A DNA stretch of 63,991 nucleotides, the filler included, from Perkinsus olseni (lineage: Eukaryota), in the NCBI GenBank assembly GCA_013115125.1. It is 5 parts of 5 records of this genome, joined end to end, with 100 filler letters (N's around TTAATTAATTAA, not from the genome) between each part and the next. Parts side by side here need not be neighbours in the genome. Positions count along the whole stretch, not along the records: positions 13,403 to 26,699 come from JABANN010000764.1; positions 26,800 to 40,072 come from JABANN010000765.1; 3 more parts are not named here. One strand, given 5' to 3'. The first letter of the stretch is position 1. Every line of letters starts with the position of its first letter. The notes beneath the pieces were generated by a model. The model searched no databases. It was not told the DNA's origin and worked only from the letters and a program-made list of their open reading frames with translations. A program made the position numbers and the translations under genes. Below are positions 22,421-35,528 of the stretch, in pieces.

Positions 22421-25325
22421 ATGGCAACCTCGAATGACGATGCCATGACTCCCTCGAACGCTACTCCTAAGAAGTCCCCACACAGTGAAGGTGGTGAGAT
22501 GGCACCACCTAGTACAGTGAGGTCAGAGGATGATGGTGTTGATGATGCAGCTAAACAGCAGAATGGCACTAGCTATGCTGGTAGTAATATGGCGGTGTGC
22601 AAGGCATGGTTATGCTTGCCCGGCTTAGGTGATGATTTTGAGGGTCTGGTGGGAGATCTCAGGAGGACTTTTATCGGTTGGTTGAAGAAGACTGAACTTC
22701 AAGTATGTCCACACTACAACAACACACAGCTGAATGCTCTACTACTCAGTTGATCCGACAACGAGAGGATATTCAGTCGAGTAGACAGGACTTCGAGGAT
22801 GAAAAGAAGCGAGTCTGGGAGCAATTCGTAAAGATGGCGGGCAGCTACCCTGAGTCTTACCCTCCCGCTACGTTTAGGTCCAGGAACGACAGCGTGAGGC
22901 TTGTAAACAGGAAGAGGATCGTCGAAGGGCTGATTTAGAGATGCAGAATCAGCTAAGACAGGTAGTCATGGTTTAACAAGGTTGATGATAGAGTAGCTTC
23001 ACCCCCTGCCTCGGGTATCTTGTGTGGCGACTCAGGTTGAGATAGAGAGGTCGGATGCGCGGCAGAAGATGGCTGATGAGCGTTCACGGTTTGAATCGGA
23101 GAGGGAAGAGGCAATGCAGGCCTTGTCAGCGCAGGAGGATGCGTATAATAAGGTTAGCTGCAGATAGAGACCTTTCCTGAGTTATTATCGAACACTCAGG
23201 ATAAGTCTTCATTCGATACCGACCGTAGCCGTATAGTGGATCATAGTATGGCCAATGAGTCAATGGTTGCCCTCAATGTTGGAGGTATCGACCTGCTGGT
23301 ATTGCCAGCCTCCCGATCTGTCATCCATTCGACAGGCACAACATTCGAGACCTCTCGTCAGACTCTTTGTCAACAGGAGGGATCATTCCTAGAGGCGATA
23401 CTATCAGGCCGCTATGAAGTGCCCAAGGATGCTGATGTACTTCCGACGCGCACCCTCATGTACATCATGGCTCACTCTATCGCTATTGTAGGGCAGAGTT
23501 TTCCTCGACAGAGATCCCGAGATGTTCCGACAAATCCTCAATTTTTTAAGAAATCCCATGGTGAGTTGATACTGGCGGAGAGAGGCAGCAACCCCTGTCA
23601 TCCTATCCGTCAAAGCTGGCATTTTCTTTTCTCGTACGATGGCGGGGTCACTGCTATGTGGTCTGTGTCAGTGACCTCCTCTTCACTTGATTAGTATTTT
23701 CAGAATCCTCCATGCCCTCGGGATGCGACAGAGTCGATGCTACTGGCCCGAGAGGCGGACTTCTACGGGGTAGAGAAGTGGCCAGGGTTGCTTGCGGTCG
23801 ATCGGAAGGCCCGTTGCCTTTTATTTTCAAGCGTATCATTGAATTTTGGGGTTTTCGATAGAAGAGCTCACGAGACGCATTTCGCAATCGTTATTTTCAG
23901 CCCAGATAGCTCAGTTGGGAGAGCGCCAGACTGAAGATCTGGAGGTCCTCAGTTCGATCCTGGGTCTGGGCATTTCGCCAGCGGTGAATTATCCGTGCTT
24001 TTACTGCCTTCAAGATACGCTTCTTCCCGTTTCCCCTTGTTTTCGCTCTCGGTGGCAATTCAGGAAATGAGTATCTTCGCTCAGTGGAGGTGAGTGACAG
24101 ATTGCCTTCCGGTTACAGTCTGCCGTATGTCCATCATCCCCGCAGGTCTTAGACTTGGCTAATCAATGTTGGAGACCGTGCAGGCAGATGAATACAGAGC
24201 GTAGATACCAACGATGATGAATACTCCTCTATATCAGTGGATGTCTCTTAGGTTCGTATTTTGGTAGTGCTGTGGCGAACTCACAACTATTCGCTTTCGG
24301 TGGGCAGAATCTAGACTACAAAGCCCTCAGTGAAACTGAGGTTTATGATACCCTTCGCGATACTTGGATGCTTGGGGTAAGTCCAGTAGTACTGCTACCA
24401 CTGTTGTTGTTCTATCATTACTATAACAGGCCTCATTGAACATACCCAGAAGGAACTGTGCAGGAGTGTCCCATAACGATGGGAGGATATTCGCCGTCGG
24501 TGGTTTCGACGGATCTCACATCCTCTCGAGTGTTGAGGCGTAGGTCTCTCCCCTCTCTGAGGCCAGCAGCTACTGTTAACCCGAACAGGTTCGATCCCCG
24601 CATGCGTAACTGGATGGAGGTCGCTCCCCTGTCCACTCCCAGATCGAGCTGCTCAGCCGTGTCCACTCCAGATGGGAATATCTGGGCTATTGGCGGTACT
24701 TCAGGATCCCGGCTGAGGACTGTGGAAGTGTAGGGACGGAGGATCTCATCTCGAAGATACCTTGTTACTCGTTGATAGTTACGATGTGCGGGCTAATAAG
24801 TGGATGCAGGCTCAAGGCTGTGACCTGATCGAAGAGAGATCAGCTGCTGCTGCTGTCAACTATCTCGGCAATATCTTTGCCTTTGGTGGTATAGACAATG
24901 AACAGAATATTCATTCTACAGTGGAATCATTGAGGGTCTCTGAGATTACTAAAGGATGGTCATTCAGAGCTCAGCCAGGTAATAAGTTCATCGCTCGAAG
25001 ATACTTCTCTCATCATGATTCTTGATTCAGCTATCAACCGTATGGATTGTGCGGCAGCAACTTATGGTGAAAGTATTCTGGTGGGAGGCGGTCAGAATGG
25101 CGAGGTGGGTCCCAATGAGAGAGTCTTGCTTTGCTGATTGAGTTTATCATCGTTACACCCAGGTTCAAACCTCGGTGGAAACATATGATCCAATATCCGA
25201 TACATGGATGCCTGCTCCACCTATGCTGTTCCCTAGGTATGTTGCTCATACTCACCATCTGCTCATCCCCACCTTCTACTGCTATTCTCAGGTACGGGCA
25301 TCAGTATGCTGTTGTGAACCTGTAG
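22421..25325 (+). CDS. K13: Kelch13 ortholog (coiled coil-BTB-six-blade Kelch), about 17 exons
   Basis: [90 protein letters not shown] and [12 protein letters not shown] are colinear with Plasmodium K13 as I recall it. Confidence 0.93.
23900..23972 (+). tRNA. tRNA-Phe(GAA), inside a Kelch13 intron
   Basis: Full cloverleaf: GCCCAGA/TCTGGGC acceptor, CCAGA-CTGAAGA-TCTGG anticodon arm, TTCGATC T-loop. Confidence 0.97.
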
Positions 25326-26628
25326 GGATCTTGAGATGAATTCATCACTACTGAGGGATAGAAGCAATCCCTACTCTTTTTACTATTCTGATACACTTCG
25401 CCGCCGGTGCCAGCTAGTCCTGAGTAGATGACTATGTTCCACAATACGCCCTACTTACGCGGCGCAAGCACTATTCACTTACAAGTTTCGAAGTTACTAG
25501 TTCGACGGTGCATTCTGTGTTGTTTAATTATGGACGTTCCATGATGGTTGAGATCATCATGGCTGTGCATCCATTGTGGTACCTACTGGTGCTCTCATTG
25601 CTGGTGCCATCGTTGATGATACGCTGTGAGGAAGAGGCAGAGGATTGTGCGGTGGAGGCCGAGTCTCAGGGGTAGCGGTGGTGCTACAATGAACATCATA
25701 CTTCGAATACGTTTATCAGATGCCTCTTCTCGTCTATAGTCACAGTCCGACATACCTGTTCAGTAGCTTGCCAGAAGGTCATAACCTTTTACGCCACCAG
25801 TTTAGGTCATCATCATCATACTAGTTTGATAGGCGCATTCAGAGTTACCTAAGACATGCTGCCAAATGTATGGTCAACATTGGAGGTGGCAACTACAACA
25901 GGAGAAGTGTGATCCTCAGGGGTAGTACTACCCTCTTCAACTCTATTTTCACGCTGTTGTATCAGTGTCGTCCTTTGTCCCGATATGACCACTACGCCCC
26001 GAGTGGACCCCTTCGCTGAGTTCGACGCCGCCCCAATCACAACCGCAGCTCCTCCCTCCTCGGCACGCGGCTGCTGCTCTGCACACCACACTATTCTGGC
26101 CCTGTTGGCTCTCTCTATCCCAATCGTATTCTACGACCAGTAGCAGATCCTTACACGGTCATGAGAATTCGCACCACCGTTCGTTGTTCTGGTCATTAGT
26201 GAGGAGCTGTTGTATTGCTCGACTCGGTCACTATGTTATGTATTCCCGCACGTCCTGGTAGTTCTGGAGAATTAAGTTTTCACCTTGATGATCCGGCGTG
26301 GCCATCCATATGCCATTCTTTCTGGTCATGCTGAGATGACCGGCTCTCGGGCAAGGTCAGTCACTACGTTGGGTCTGATCCGTCATCATTCCATCATCAG
26401 GCGTCGGGGTCTGAGAACCGGCAGTGGGTGGGACGAGTCCCCTACAGTCCCTTCGAGGTCTTCTGGCGGTTCGACCGCCGTGGTGTCCAGGTTGGTGAGG
26501 ATGGAGTTTGCACTCGTGTTGGGTGTTGAACGACGGTTAGCGGCTTGTTCGACTTCTCCGAGGTTAGAAATGTTAGGGTAGATAGGGAACGCAGACTATC
26601 TTGGACACCTTTGCCGCTGGAAAAGATC

Positions 26629-26699
26629 TGCATCATCCGAGAATCGAACTCGGGTCACAACGATGGCAACGTTGTATTCTACCACTAGACCAATGATGC
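26629..26699 (-). tRNA. tRNA-Gly(GCC), flush with the contig end
   Basis: GCATCATTGGTCTAGTGGTAGAATACAACGTTGCCATCGTTGTGACCCGAGTTCGATTCTCGGATGATGCA, followed by TTTT within a few bases. Confidence 0.96.
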
Positions 26700-26799
26700 N
26701 NNNNNNNNNNNNNNNNNNNNNNNNNNNNNNNNNNNNNNNNNNNTTAATTAATTAANNNNNNNNNNNNNNNNNNNNNNNNNNNNNNNNNNNNNNNNNNNN
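26700..26799. other. Assembly linker
   Basis: N-run/TTAATTAATTAA/N-run. Confidence 0.98.
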
Positions 26800-28242
26800 T
26801 CATCCCACTTACGTTGGAGAAGTCGTAGCATAGCGGTGGGTGCTCGCACTTTTGCCGCATGTCATATCTGCGGCTCACGCCCTCGTGAAGCTGCGCTACA
26901 CGAACCAAGCCGGGTCACTTACGGATTGAGATCCTTGCTTTGATACGGGGTGAAGAGGGCACGGTTACACTGGAAGAATGCCTTGGTGCATGGGATACCT
27001 ACTCCTAATGTGATACATGCGCAACGTCAGAGAGCACCAACCTCCAGCCTTATTGCACTTGCGGATAGCCTCGACGCAGCCCGGCACAGCATCCAGCATC
27101 TCTTTATACCTGAGAATATCTCAGCCATGAGCGTCATGAGGTGGGAACATTCCCGCTACTCTTTTTCGGAGACCCGACTCGGCGCGGTAGAGCTGTTGAA
27201 AGCCATCAGCGGGTACCACTTGTATCTGTAGCAGCCTCAGTGAAGCTACACCTGTAAGCATTTGACAGCAACTCACTGTTCTTCGGGATGGGTCATCCCG
27301 TTACCAATGGCCACACCCTCAAGGTAAATAGTGAGCCCATTGGCCTTCTTATTCTCGAGGTAGATTTTATGCGAAATGGCTGGAATATAGTGCCCTACAA
27401 ATTCAGCACGTGCGCCGGCATTGTGTGGTGACATAGCAACTCATACCAGCATAAGATTCTCCCGTTATGTAGAACTTCCTGTTGTACTCCGGGTGTTCGG
27501 TGAATAGATGTACCAGGAACCAATACCTGCACGAGGACGGCTCCAGATCAACCATCAGAACGGGCATCTTCTCACATATCCTCAGCAACACCGTCCTCAT
27601 CATAGTCATACTGGCCCTTGCTAAATCCTGTTCCCGGGGGCTGGTCCACCCAGAAAACATTAGAGCGATTGTTCCACGAGTACCTGAGAGGCCCTCACGG
27701 TGGTTGCTACAGGCGGCTGAGAGTCACTCGTTGGGGATCGTTCCCGTGCCGGCCTTGTTGACAGAGCAAGGACCGTTCTCCCCAAGCAAGGCCAACTGGC
27801 TGCTGCATCCGGGTCCGCCAGTCAGCCACATGACGGTCGGATCGTTTTCAGGATCGTGTCGGGACTCGAAGAACCAGAAAAAATAACTGAGAGTGTGGGC
27901 GAATGGTTGGGCGGGTTCCCGACAGCGCGAAACTCCCACCTCTTTTTGGGTCGGGCGTCGAAGTAGCCAGCGAACTGAGCAACTGAGGGATCACACAAGC
28001 CATCTTTCTGTCTCATCGACGTGACCGTCAGCTTAGGCTCGAATGAAGCGTCATCAGTGGGTTCTTCCTCCCAATGGCTCCTCAGGCGGGCGAGGGCATC
28101 TAAGTGTATGATGGGTAGCAGCGACTGCGATGAACCACGACCTACCATCGGAGAGCGTCAGGCTGTCCATGATCAGCTGCCCCACTGAGGGGCACACGCC
28201 CATAAAGGACGCGATGACCGTGATGAAGTTTACCATTACCAT
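26800..28242 (-). CDS. Serine carboxypeptidase (S10, CPY-like), secreted; 3' truncated by the contig end
   Basis: Signal-like [61 protein letters not shown]. Confidence 0.93.
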
Positions 28243-28523
28243 GAGTCGAACAAGGCTGCTACGGGATGAACCGATAGAACCAGGGGAAATGAGTTCACCA
28301 GAATGACATGCGCGCCGGTGTGAAACGGATACGCATGTTCATCGCGAGTTGCGCCCTAGAAATGTCTATGCTGACGTTTCGCAAGAGCAGCTCAGGGCTT
28401 CACACTCGCGGGTATGAGACGATTATTCGAGATCTGCGATAGTCGAACAGACACGAACTTCTGATGGCGATTCGCCATTGGCGGAATCGATGCTAACGAC
28501 ACTGTCGGATCAACTGCTAACGA

Positions 28524-28596
28524 GGGGGACTAGCTCAAATGGTAGAGCGCTCGCTTAGCAAGCGAGAGGCACCGGGATCGATGCCCGGGTTCTCCA
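28524..28596 (+). tRNA. tRNA-Ala(AGC)
   Basis: GGGGGAC/GTTCTCC acceptor with G3:U70, CTCGC-TTAGCAA-GCGAG anticodon arm, ATCGATG T-loop typical of eukaryotic tRNA-Ala. Confidence 0.96.
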
Positions 28597-28746
28597 TATT
28601 GGCACAAGCCAACGTTCCTATTTGGACACGCACTTCTTGTTCGCCAAAGTCTTCCTCTGCGCGTTGATTTATCCACTTCCCCACAACACCGCCAAAAGAA
28701 CAAAACGGGATGACATACGCAATGCATCAGTAAAAAATATCGAAGG

Positions 28747-30547
28747 CTACTCTCGTGGAGTGCTCTGATCACCTCGATCACCTGACCCGGAGCTCTTGCT
28801 GTGAACTTCACTCTTGGCAAGACTGCTACCGCTGACATTACCATCCTCACAACTAGCCACAGTTCGCCCGTCCTCCATGTTAACTCGAGCCCCACCAGCG
28901 TCGGGTATGTCGGCGTCCGTCAATAGCGGTAGCATACTGACGCCATCCGCATCGGCATCGAAGTCGATGGTCACTCGAGGGGCTGCCCGACCAATTAGCT
29001 GATCTGCGAGACTCGAAGGGAGATGCCTTCCAATGGTGGAAGCGAACTCATGCCTCGCAATCATCTCTTTTCTCAAGGCAGCGGCTATCTTGGTCTCCGC
29101 TACATGGACCAGGTTGACGTATTCGTCGTGAGCTTTGCGGCGACGCACCACTTCCGCTACATACCCCTTGTAGGCCTCGGCGCTCTTCTCAATGTGGGCC
29201 ACATTAGAGGACGACTTGCGTTCTAGCTGAGTGACCACCTCAATGAGCATCCGGCCCTCGGCCTCAACAGAGCGAGCGATCCCGGCGGCGCGGCCAGCGT
29301 CGCTGCAGATGGCGAGCACCTGCTTCTGCCGGGATTCCCAAGCCACTAAGCATGCACGATATGCTTCCTCCCCTCGAGCCACCACAGAAAGCTCAAGGTC
29401 ATCGGAGAGAATTCGGCGAATCTCCTTTTCGCGCTCAAGGACCTCCTGGCCAGTGGAAGTCGGCATGGGCAGATTGGCCAGCAACGCGGGCCTGACATCG
29501 TCGACGATCTTCTCTACCAGACTCTTCAAGACCGCCAACTCCCTCGTGAGCGTTACAGAGGCGACTTGAGTGAACTCCACTCGAAGTGTCTCAGAACTAC
29601 GAGCCTTCGCATGTTCAGACCATTCGTCGAGGCTCGACTGCGTCCGCGATATACGGGAAAGAGTGTCAACCAAGAAGGCCTTGACCTTCTCATAGGGGAG
29701 AAGATCAACCTGAGGAGAAAGCGCAAGTCACAGCCACGTCAACCAAAGGGTTCGAGATAAACCCCCGCGCACGAATCCTTACCAGTGTATTTGGGGAGTC
29801 CGGCAGAGAGGCTGAAACCGCCTCTTCGAGCCCTACCGCAGGCAGCTGCTCTTCTAGAATGACCATCGCTGCCCGGACGCGGGCCTCCAATCGCTTCAGC
29901 CTTTCCTTGGCCGAGCCAGCGTCGACTGCCTCAAGCCTTCGACCGCAGAGCTTCACCCATTCGCCGAGAGCGTTGGCGGCGCGCTCCTGCAGGGCTAGGC
30001 AGGCCACAAGACCCTTCACCTTATCGTGTGACTTCACCAAGCTCAGCCATTTCGTCTTGGTGAGCTCAAGCCAAGTCTTCGCTTGCGCCCTGAAGGCAGC
30101 GTCAACAGAATCGGGCACCAGCCACTTCCTGTCCTCTACGGCGTCGTCAGAAGAGAGCTTCGCTCCGCTAAGAATTGAATGCAGGTCTGGTAGCAGCAAC
30201 CTGGAGTTGTCAACGGCATCCGCACTAGGAGCTAGAGCAGACCATGGGTAGACGAAGACGATCTCCTCGCCGACCGCCGAGTTACTCGTCGCCACATCAG
30301 TTCCCGCGGCATTGACTATCAGGAACGTCTGCCGGGGTCTCTGGTGAGCCCGAGGACCCCCTCCCCTACTAGGAGCGGACCCTGGGCCATCGTCGGGCCA
30401 CTGTTGCGCCGCAAATCGCTCGACATCACCGAGTGGCAGCGGGCGGGACGTCCCGAAGACGCCGTGGATGCATAGCCTCTGAGGACCGCTTGGAGAGGGA
30501 GAACGAGGAGTGCTGCTTCTGCCTGCAGGAGAGGGATCGCGTGACAT
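28747..30547 (-). CDS. Atg11/Atg17-like autophagy scaffold (APG17 domain); one intron at 29710-29782
   Basis: A GT-AG intron joins the 280-aa and 308-aa ORFs in frame. AYKGYVAEVVRRRK...EMIARHEFASTIGRHLP and LQERA resemble plant ATG11 AYRACLAEVVRRK...EVRKREEF as I recall it. Confidence 0.65.
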
Positions 30548-30699
30548 TCAGCCAGCTCAATCAAGTGAGCGACTACTGAGGAGTCCGGTCAAAACCAATT
30601 GACTCCGTAAGAGGATCTCATCGCAGTGAAACGCAACACAAGACAAGCAGCACATGAGGTGACCAAAGATGGTCGTAGTCAACTGGGTGGTGGTGATCA

Positions 30700-32525
30700 T
30701 CATGCGACATCCGCGGTCGACATATAGAGTCCAGCGAGGACCACAATAGCAGAGGCGACCTTCACTCCGATATCGGAAGCCTGAAGAGGAGGATATGTTG
30801 CAGGCATGAGCCCACCTGATGAGCACCTACTGGTCGGCCCACTCCGGCTACGCTCCAAAGAAAGACTGCCAAGACGAGGTTGCATACCTGCTGCAAGCCT
30901 CCTTCGGCTGCATTGACTAGGGCCGCAGAGGAACACCGAGCGTAGGCGAATGGCGCTGAAAGGGCAAGAGTCCGCGTCAAGGTAGGCTGAGAGCCTCACC
31001 TAGGGAAACCCCCAGGAGGGAGAGGCCCTGTGATAGCAAGGCACCGGCTAAGCACTTGAAACCTAGCCGCACACGGACTCTGCGCAGGGTTGGTGACTGA
31101 ATGACGATCAATACCACAGCGTGGTGGTAAGCCTGATGATGGCGGCACCTTGGTAGTTGCATCTTGTACTAGCATCAGTCGCCTCTCAGCCCTGGGCCTG
31201 ATCATCCCATAGCGTATAGATGGCACCATGAGCACTAGTGATAGAGCACAAAGGCCATTGCCGCATCGACTGTAGGCGGCGAAAGCAGAAGATAGTAGGA
31301 AGTCCTCGACTAAGGGGTAGCCTGATGTGGCTGAGGTGTGGGTACCTTGGAGAGAACAGGTGGGATAAGATGACCATTGAGGTCGTGTAAAACAGATTCA
31401 CGGGAGGGGATCTGTTGTCCGTAGCAAGGACGACAGTAATGACCCCGGAGCAGCATGATGGGCAGAGGTGCGTTCCCATACCGCACAACGAATGCCACAG
31501 GAGAATGTGCAGGCACACCGCGAACGGGCCCGACTTCTGTCCTATCCATTGCGACCCGCCCGAGTTCCGCCATTCGGCCGCATTGAGAGGTGATAACGAA
31601 TTGCACTCTCTGCCCGGCACCCTGTAGCCAGGTAGCCGGTACAGCTGCCCAGGGAGGGTGGTTAGGAGCCGGAGTGGCACTCACAGAAGTGCATGAGGAT
31701 GTTGTAGGCCACGGAGAGGACCTCGCTAAGGATGCAGAGGCTCACTCCCAAGCCTCGGTCTCCACACCAGAATCTGAGAGCACTGACGTCAGGGTGACGC
31801 TCGACCAAGTATGCCGGACCACCCTGGTTGAACTAAGAGGGTAATATCGCCGCGGACTGCCGGCAATAGGCCTCCGATGGTGGTTACAACAGTAGCCATG
31901 ATCGTCAGAGGACCTGAGCCATCACTAGATTGCGTAGCACGTTCACTGACAGAGTACCCACTGATAGGCTTAGTGCCAGTGATGGCGTGCAATGGGAGCA
32001 TGAGGAGGGCAGACAGCTGTAGTAGTGGCGTGATGACCGTCGATGGTATCTCAGAGTACGCCCTGAGTGACTGCCATGATGCTGATGATGATCACGAACC
32101 AGAGAAGACCTGCCGATCCCTACCGGAGCAAGCAGTAATATGATAGGAAATGTAGCACTCCGGCTAGTGTAGCAAGCCACTCCAAGCTGGGCACTTCCGG
32201 CAGCGGTAGTAAGGCCAACCCCACAAGACCCAAGGCCAGAGACAGAACTGCTCCAACCAGTGCCATGAATTCTGGTGACACTGAGGGCCTCGGTGACGAG
32301 GACAGAGCAACCTAAGCTCAGGAATGACCACCAGGGACGTCAACGTCTCGGCCGGCACGGGACTACTTCGCTGCGAGTAGACAAGGTTAAGCGCCTCACC
32401 TTGGCGTCGCCCTCCCCATTCATAGTGTGCCCCGATGCGTCGATAAGATGATCACAACAGATGTCCGAAAGCGCCCAACATGAAGTCGATAGTAAAACCG
32501 GTGGCAGCCAGGAAGAGGAGGACAT
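30700..32525 (-). CDS. DMT/EamA-like multi-pass membrane protein, multi-exon
   Basis: WLPPVLLSTSCWALSDICCD start, many hydrophobic exons, C-terminal IGVKVASAIVVLAGLYMST. Confidence 0.6.
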
Positions 32526-32757
32526 GAGGAAGCAGCAGCCCTCACACACTACGGCCTTCCACCGAAGAACTGCACAACGAGGACGAGTGGCAGACGGCGC
32601 TCCTCTGCTCTCGGCAGCCATGCACCCTCTTAGAAAGGTTACAGCAACACGAGGCCGAAATTGACAGAGGAAACGGGCGGTTTTTGGTAGGTAGTCCAGA
32701 ATGGTTAACCAGGGGGACAGTGATAAGAGCTGGATAATCCGAGGTGACAGCTGCCTT

Positions 32758-33795
32758 CTACTGCTCTCCCTCAGCCTCCTCGCTGATGGTATCCAAATCA
32801 AGGTACTCGACCTTCACATCATCAGCCGGTTTGAAGCAGCTCCGGCCGCTGGGGTCACGCACCTGCCGGAACGTACTCGCGTTTGCTGAGGGGAAGCCTG
32901 CATTACAATCCAGGTGAAGGGCTCTTCGACATCGAGAATCCTATTCAGCTCCGAAACTGCGTCGCACATCTTCTGCAGCTGATCCTCCGACATCGTCTCT
33001 GACAGTCGAAAGCATTCTCCCCTCGTCCCTCGCGCCCTCCACCCTCATTACTCTGGTGGGCCTTGATGTAGTCCCCCAAGTTGAGGACGGCCGCCGCGAT
33101 GAAGTTGTAGATAGTGTCGACTTGCCTGGTCATATCAGCGCCGATTTCGAACTCAATCTCGGGTATCTCGACTTGGGCGTGGGAGCTCTTGAGGAAGATG
33201 GTCCACAGCTGCTTCCGCTCCGTGATGTGGAGCGTCATCCTCTGTGGTCGGCCCCAAGTGGACTTATCCAAGCTAACACGGCGAGATCACCATCACTGAC
33301 CCAGCTGCTGGGTCTTACTCTTCCTTCATTGCAATCGGCTTGAAGTACCACTTGCCGTCCTGCTGCTTCATCTCGAACTGAGGTAGCTTCGAGAGGAAGT
33401 CCTTGAAGCTGCCTACAGACACAACAACGCTACAGTGGTCGTGTAGCGACTCTCGCTACCACTAGCGAGAGTACAAGCACACGCGGCCTACCCTTAATAG
33501 CATCCTCAAACTCATCCTTGTCCTCATAACCGAGACTCGTGCACAACCACTGGATACCGTCATCCAGAGGAATCCAAGTGTCCTAAAAAATGGCAAATCC
33601 CCCCGCGAAGCCCTTCGTCACCGCGCCACGAAATACCTCGGGACACGTGGCGCAGAACTTCTCCAGCTCCAGCATGATCATGGACATCTCCTGATGGGAC
33701 ACATCGATCCGAAAGGCGTCGAGCTCGTTATGATCAGGACTGCTGTTCTTGGTGTCCTCAGCGTTGGCAACCTGGGGATTTTGACTAGCAGACAT
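32758..33795 (-). CDS. ZPR1 A/B-domain-containing protein, multi-exon
   Basis: TIFLKSSHAQVEIPEIEFEI...VDTIYNFI and EPFTWIV resemble the ZPR1 domain (KSxxAxxxIPELxFEI; PFTxI). Stop at 32758. Confidence 0.6.
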
Positions 33796-33927
33796 GGTGC
33801 TTGATAATGAAATAGCAACTAAATCTTCCGTGAACTCCCTAGTCCAAGAAAGACGCTTCGGCTGAGCGGGTAGAAACGTTTACTAGTAGTAGTAGAATAC
33901 AGGGACTTCTGGCAGTGGTGGCTGGCT

Positions 33928-35366
33928 CTATCGAGTCTTCGTACCAGACAGGTTGCCGTGCTGCTCCAGCTTGCCTCGGCGGTACCTAATGACCTTCTGC
34001 ACCAGAGGAAAGGTATACTGAGGTCACTTACTGCGCCATAGTTCGCTCGGTTATCGCGCTACCCTGAGGTACCACCCGGCGAAGAGAGTCCTGGCTATGA
34101 CCGCCAAGCTCGGGGCCTCGCTCCATGAACACATGTCGGCCTGTCTTCAGCCGTCTAGTGCGGATGCCTAAGACCACACCGACACTTGAAAACCTCCATG
34201 AGCCTCTCCAGGTCCCCACCTTTGGCTTCGTTGGCAAGGCTGGCAGCCTTCAGCTTGTTGATGTATTCCCGACGAACTCGAAGCTTCTCCGCCTCTGCCT
34301 TCATCTGAAGAGTCGATCCTCGCCAACCACGAACCACGGCCCGAGCGAGCCAACCTTCTTAGAATCAGCATTAGGATGCTGTTTGAGATGCTGTCTCATC
34401 CTGGCCTCCTTCCGACGCTGATGCTCCAGCATGAGAGCTTGGTGGCGAGCTTCCCTGGAGGGGCAACAACCATGCAACTGCGCGGGGTCCAGAAGCATTA
34501 CTTATTCTTCTGCTTCCTAGTTTTCCTCTCCGGTTGACCAGCAGCTCCCTCCTTAACCTCGGCCGCTTCAGAACTCTCTTCAGCCCCAGCCTTAACCGAC
34601 TTCGGGGTCGTCACCAACGGGCCTTCTTCTGTCTCATCCCACATAGGAGTTCGACGACCTGTAACGCACGGCGCTGTTTTAGCAAGCCAGAGTGCTTAGC
34701 AGCCTGACCTCTCTGCTCCTGTTCCTGTTGTACAGCTGCCGCTGTGAATAGAAGCTCCTTGGCGTCGTCCTCATCAGGGTTGACACTCTGGCCGGGCATG
34801 GCTATCGTCACTGCAGGAGCCAGATTGGCGGCGTGCCGGATCGACTTAGGAACTCGGTGACCCCGCTGAAAGCCCAGGGATGAACACCTCATCACGTCCC
34901 GCTACAGCATACCTGAGCCGGGCCGTTGTTGATGACCTCAACCTTCTCCTCTCCCTCATCAGCCCAAGGGTCAGCGAGCTTCTGCTGGTTGGGGTTGAGC
35001 TTTGACTTGCTCTTCTTCTGCTGGACGCTCTTCATTTTTCTCTCGAGCAGACGGGCCTCGCTCGGTACCTAGCTCCCAGCGGTCCACACTATCGCTGCCC
35101 CTGACTTCAGTACCGTCGCAGTCTTGCCCTCCTTAGTGCTGTTCTTTACAATATAACGGAGAGCCTTCGGTACACCTGCAGCTCGCTGTGAGGAGCCAGT
35201 GCACTCGGTCGCCTCTATCACCTTTATAGCTTCCTTGAGTATCCACCATGAAGAGCTCATCGGCGCTCTTCTCCATCATCTGCTTAGCATCTGCTGCCTC
35301 TTCAACTGCCTGCAGCTCAGCCGAGACATCAATCTTACGCCCAGTCTTGCGGACTCGTTTCACCAT
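33928..35366 (-). CDS. NOP53: Ribosome biogenesis protein Nop53/GLTSCR2, multi-exon
   Basis: RKIDVSAEL...DELFMVDTQG at the N-terminus; GRHVFMERGPE..DSLRRVVPQGSAITER..RRGKLE at the C-terminus. Confidence 0.8.
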
Positions 35367-35528
35367 TGGTAGGCCAAACTGCAATGCCAATGACCTCTGC
35401 AACCCCTCCCAGCCGACTCAAGGCCACAACCTACTTGCAAGTAACGTGGCAGTAAACGGGGCAAAATATTGGCTATGGTAGAAGCTACTTATCATCGTAC
35501 AGAGAGAACGTCAGTCGCGTCCGCGGGG

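Noticed and set aside
23222-23230. Spliced-leader-like accgtagcc (also tggctcaag near 51533)
   Set aside because: Only 9-nt matches; the first is coding (DRSR). No full spliced leader or SL-RNA gene was seen.
24588-24600. B-box-like ggttcgatcccc
   Set aside because: It is a splice acceptor plus K13 codons for FDPR. This also shows such motifs can arise by chance.
25400-26600. Possible gene between K13 and tRNA-Gly
   Set aside because: Only short ORFs; I could not build a consistent exon chain or recognise a motif.
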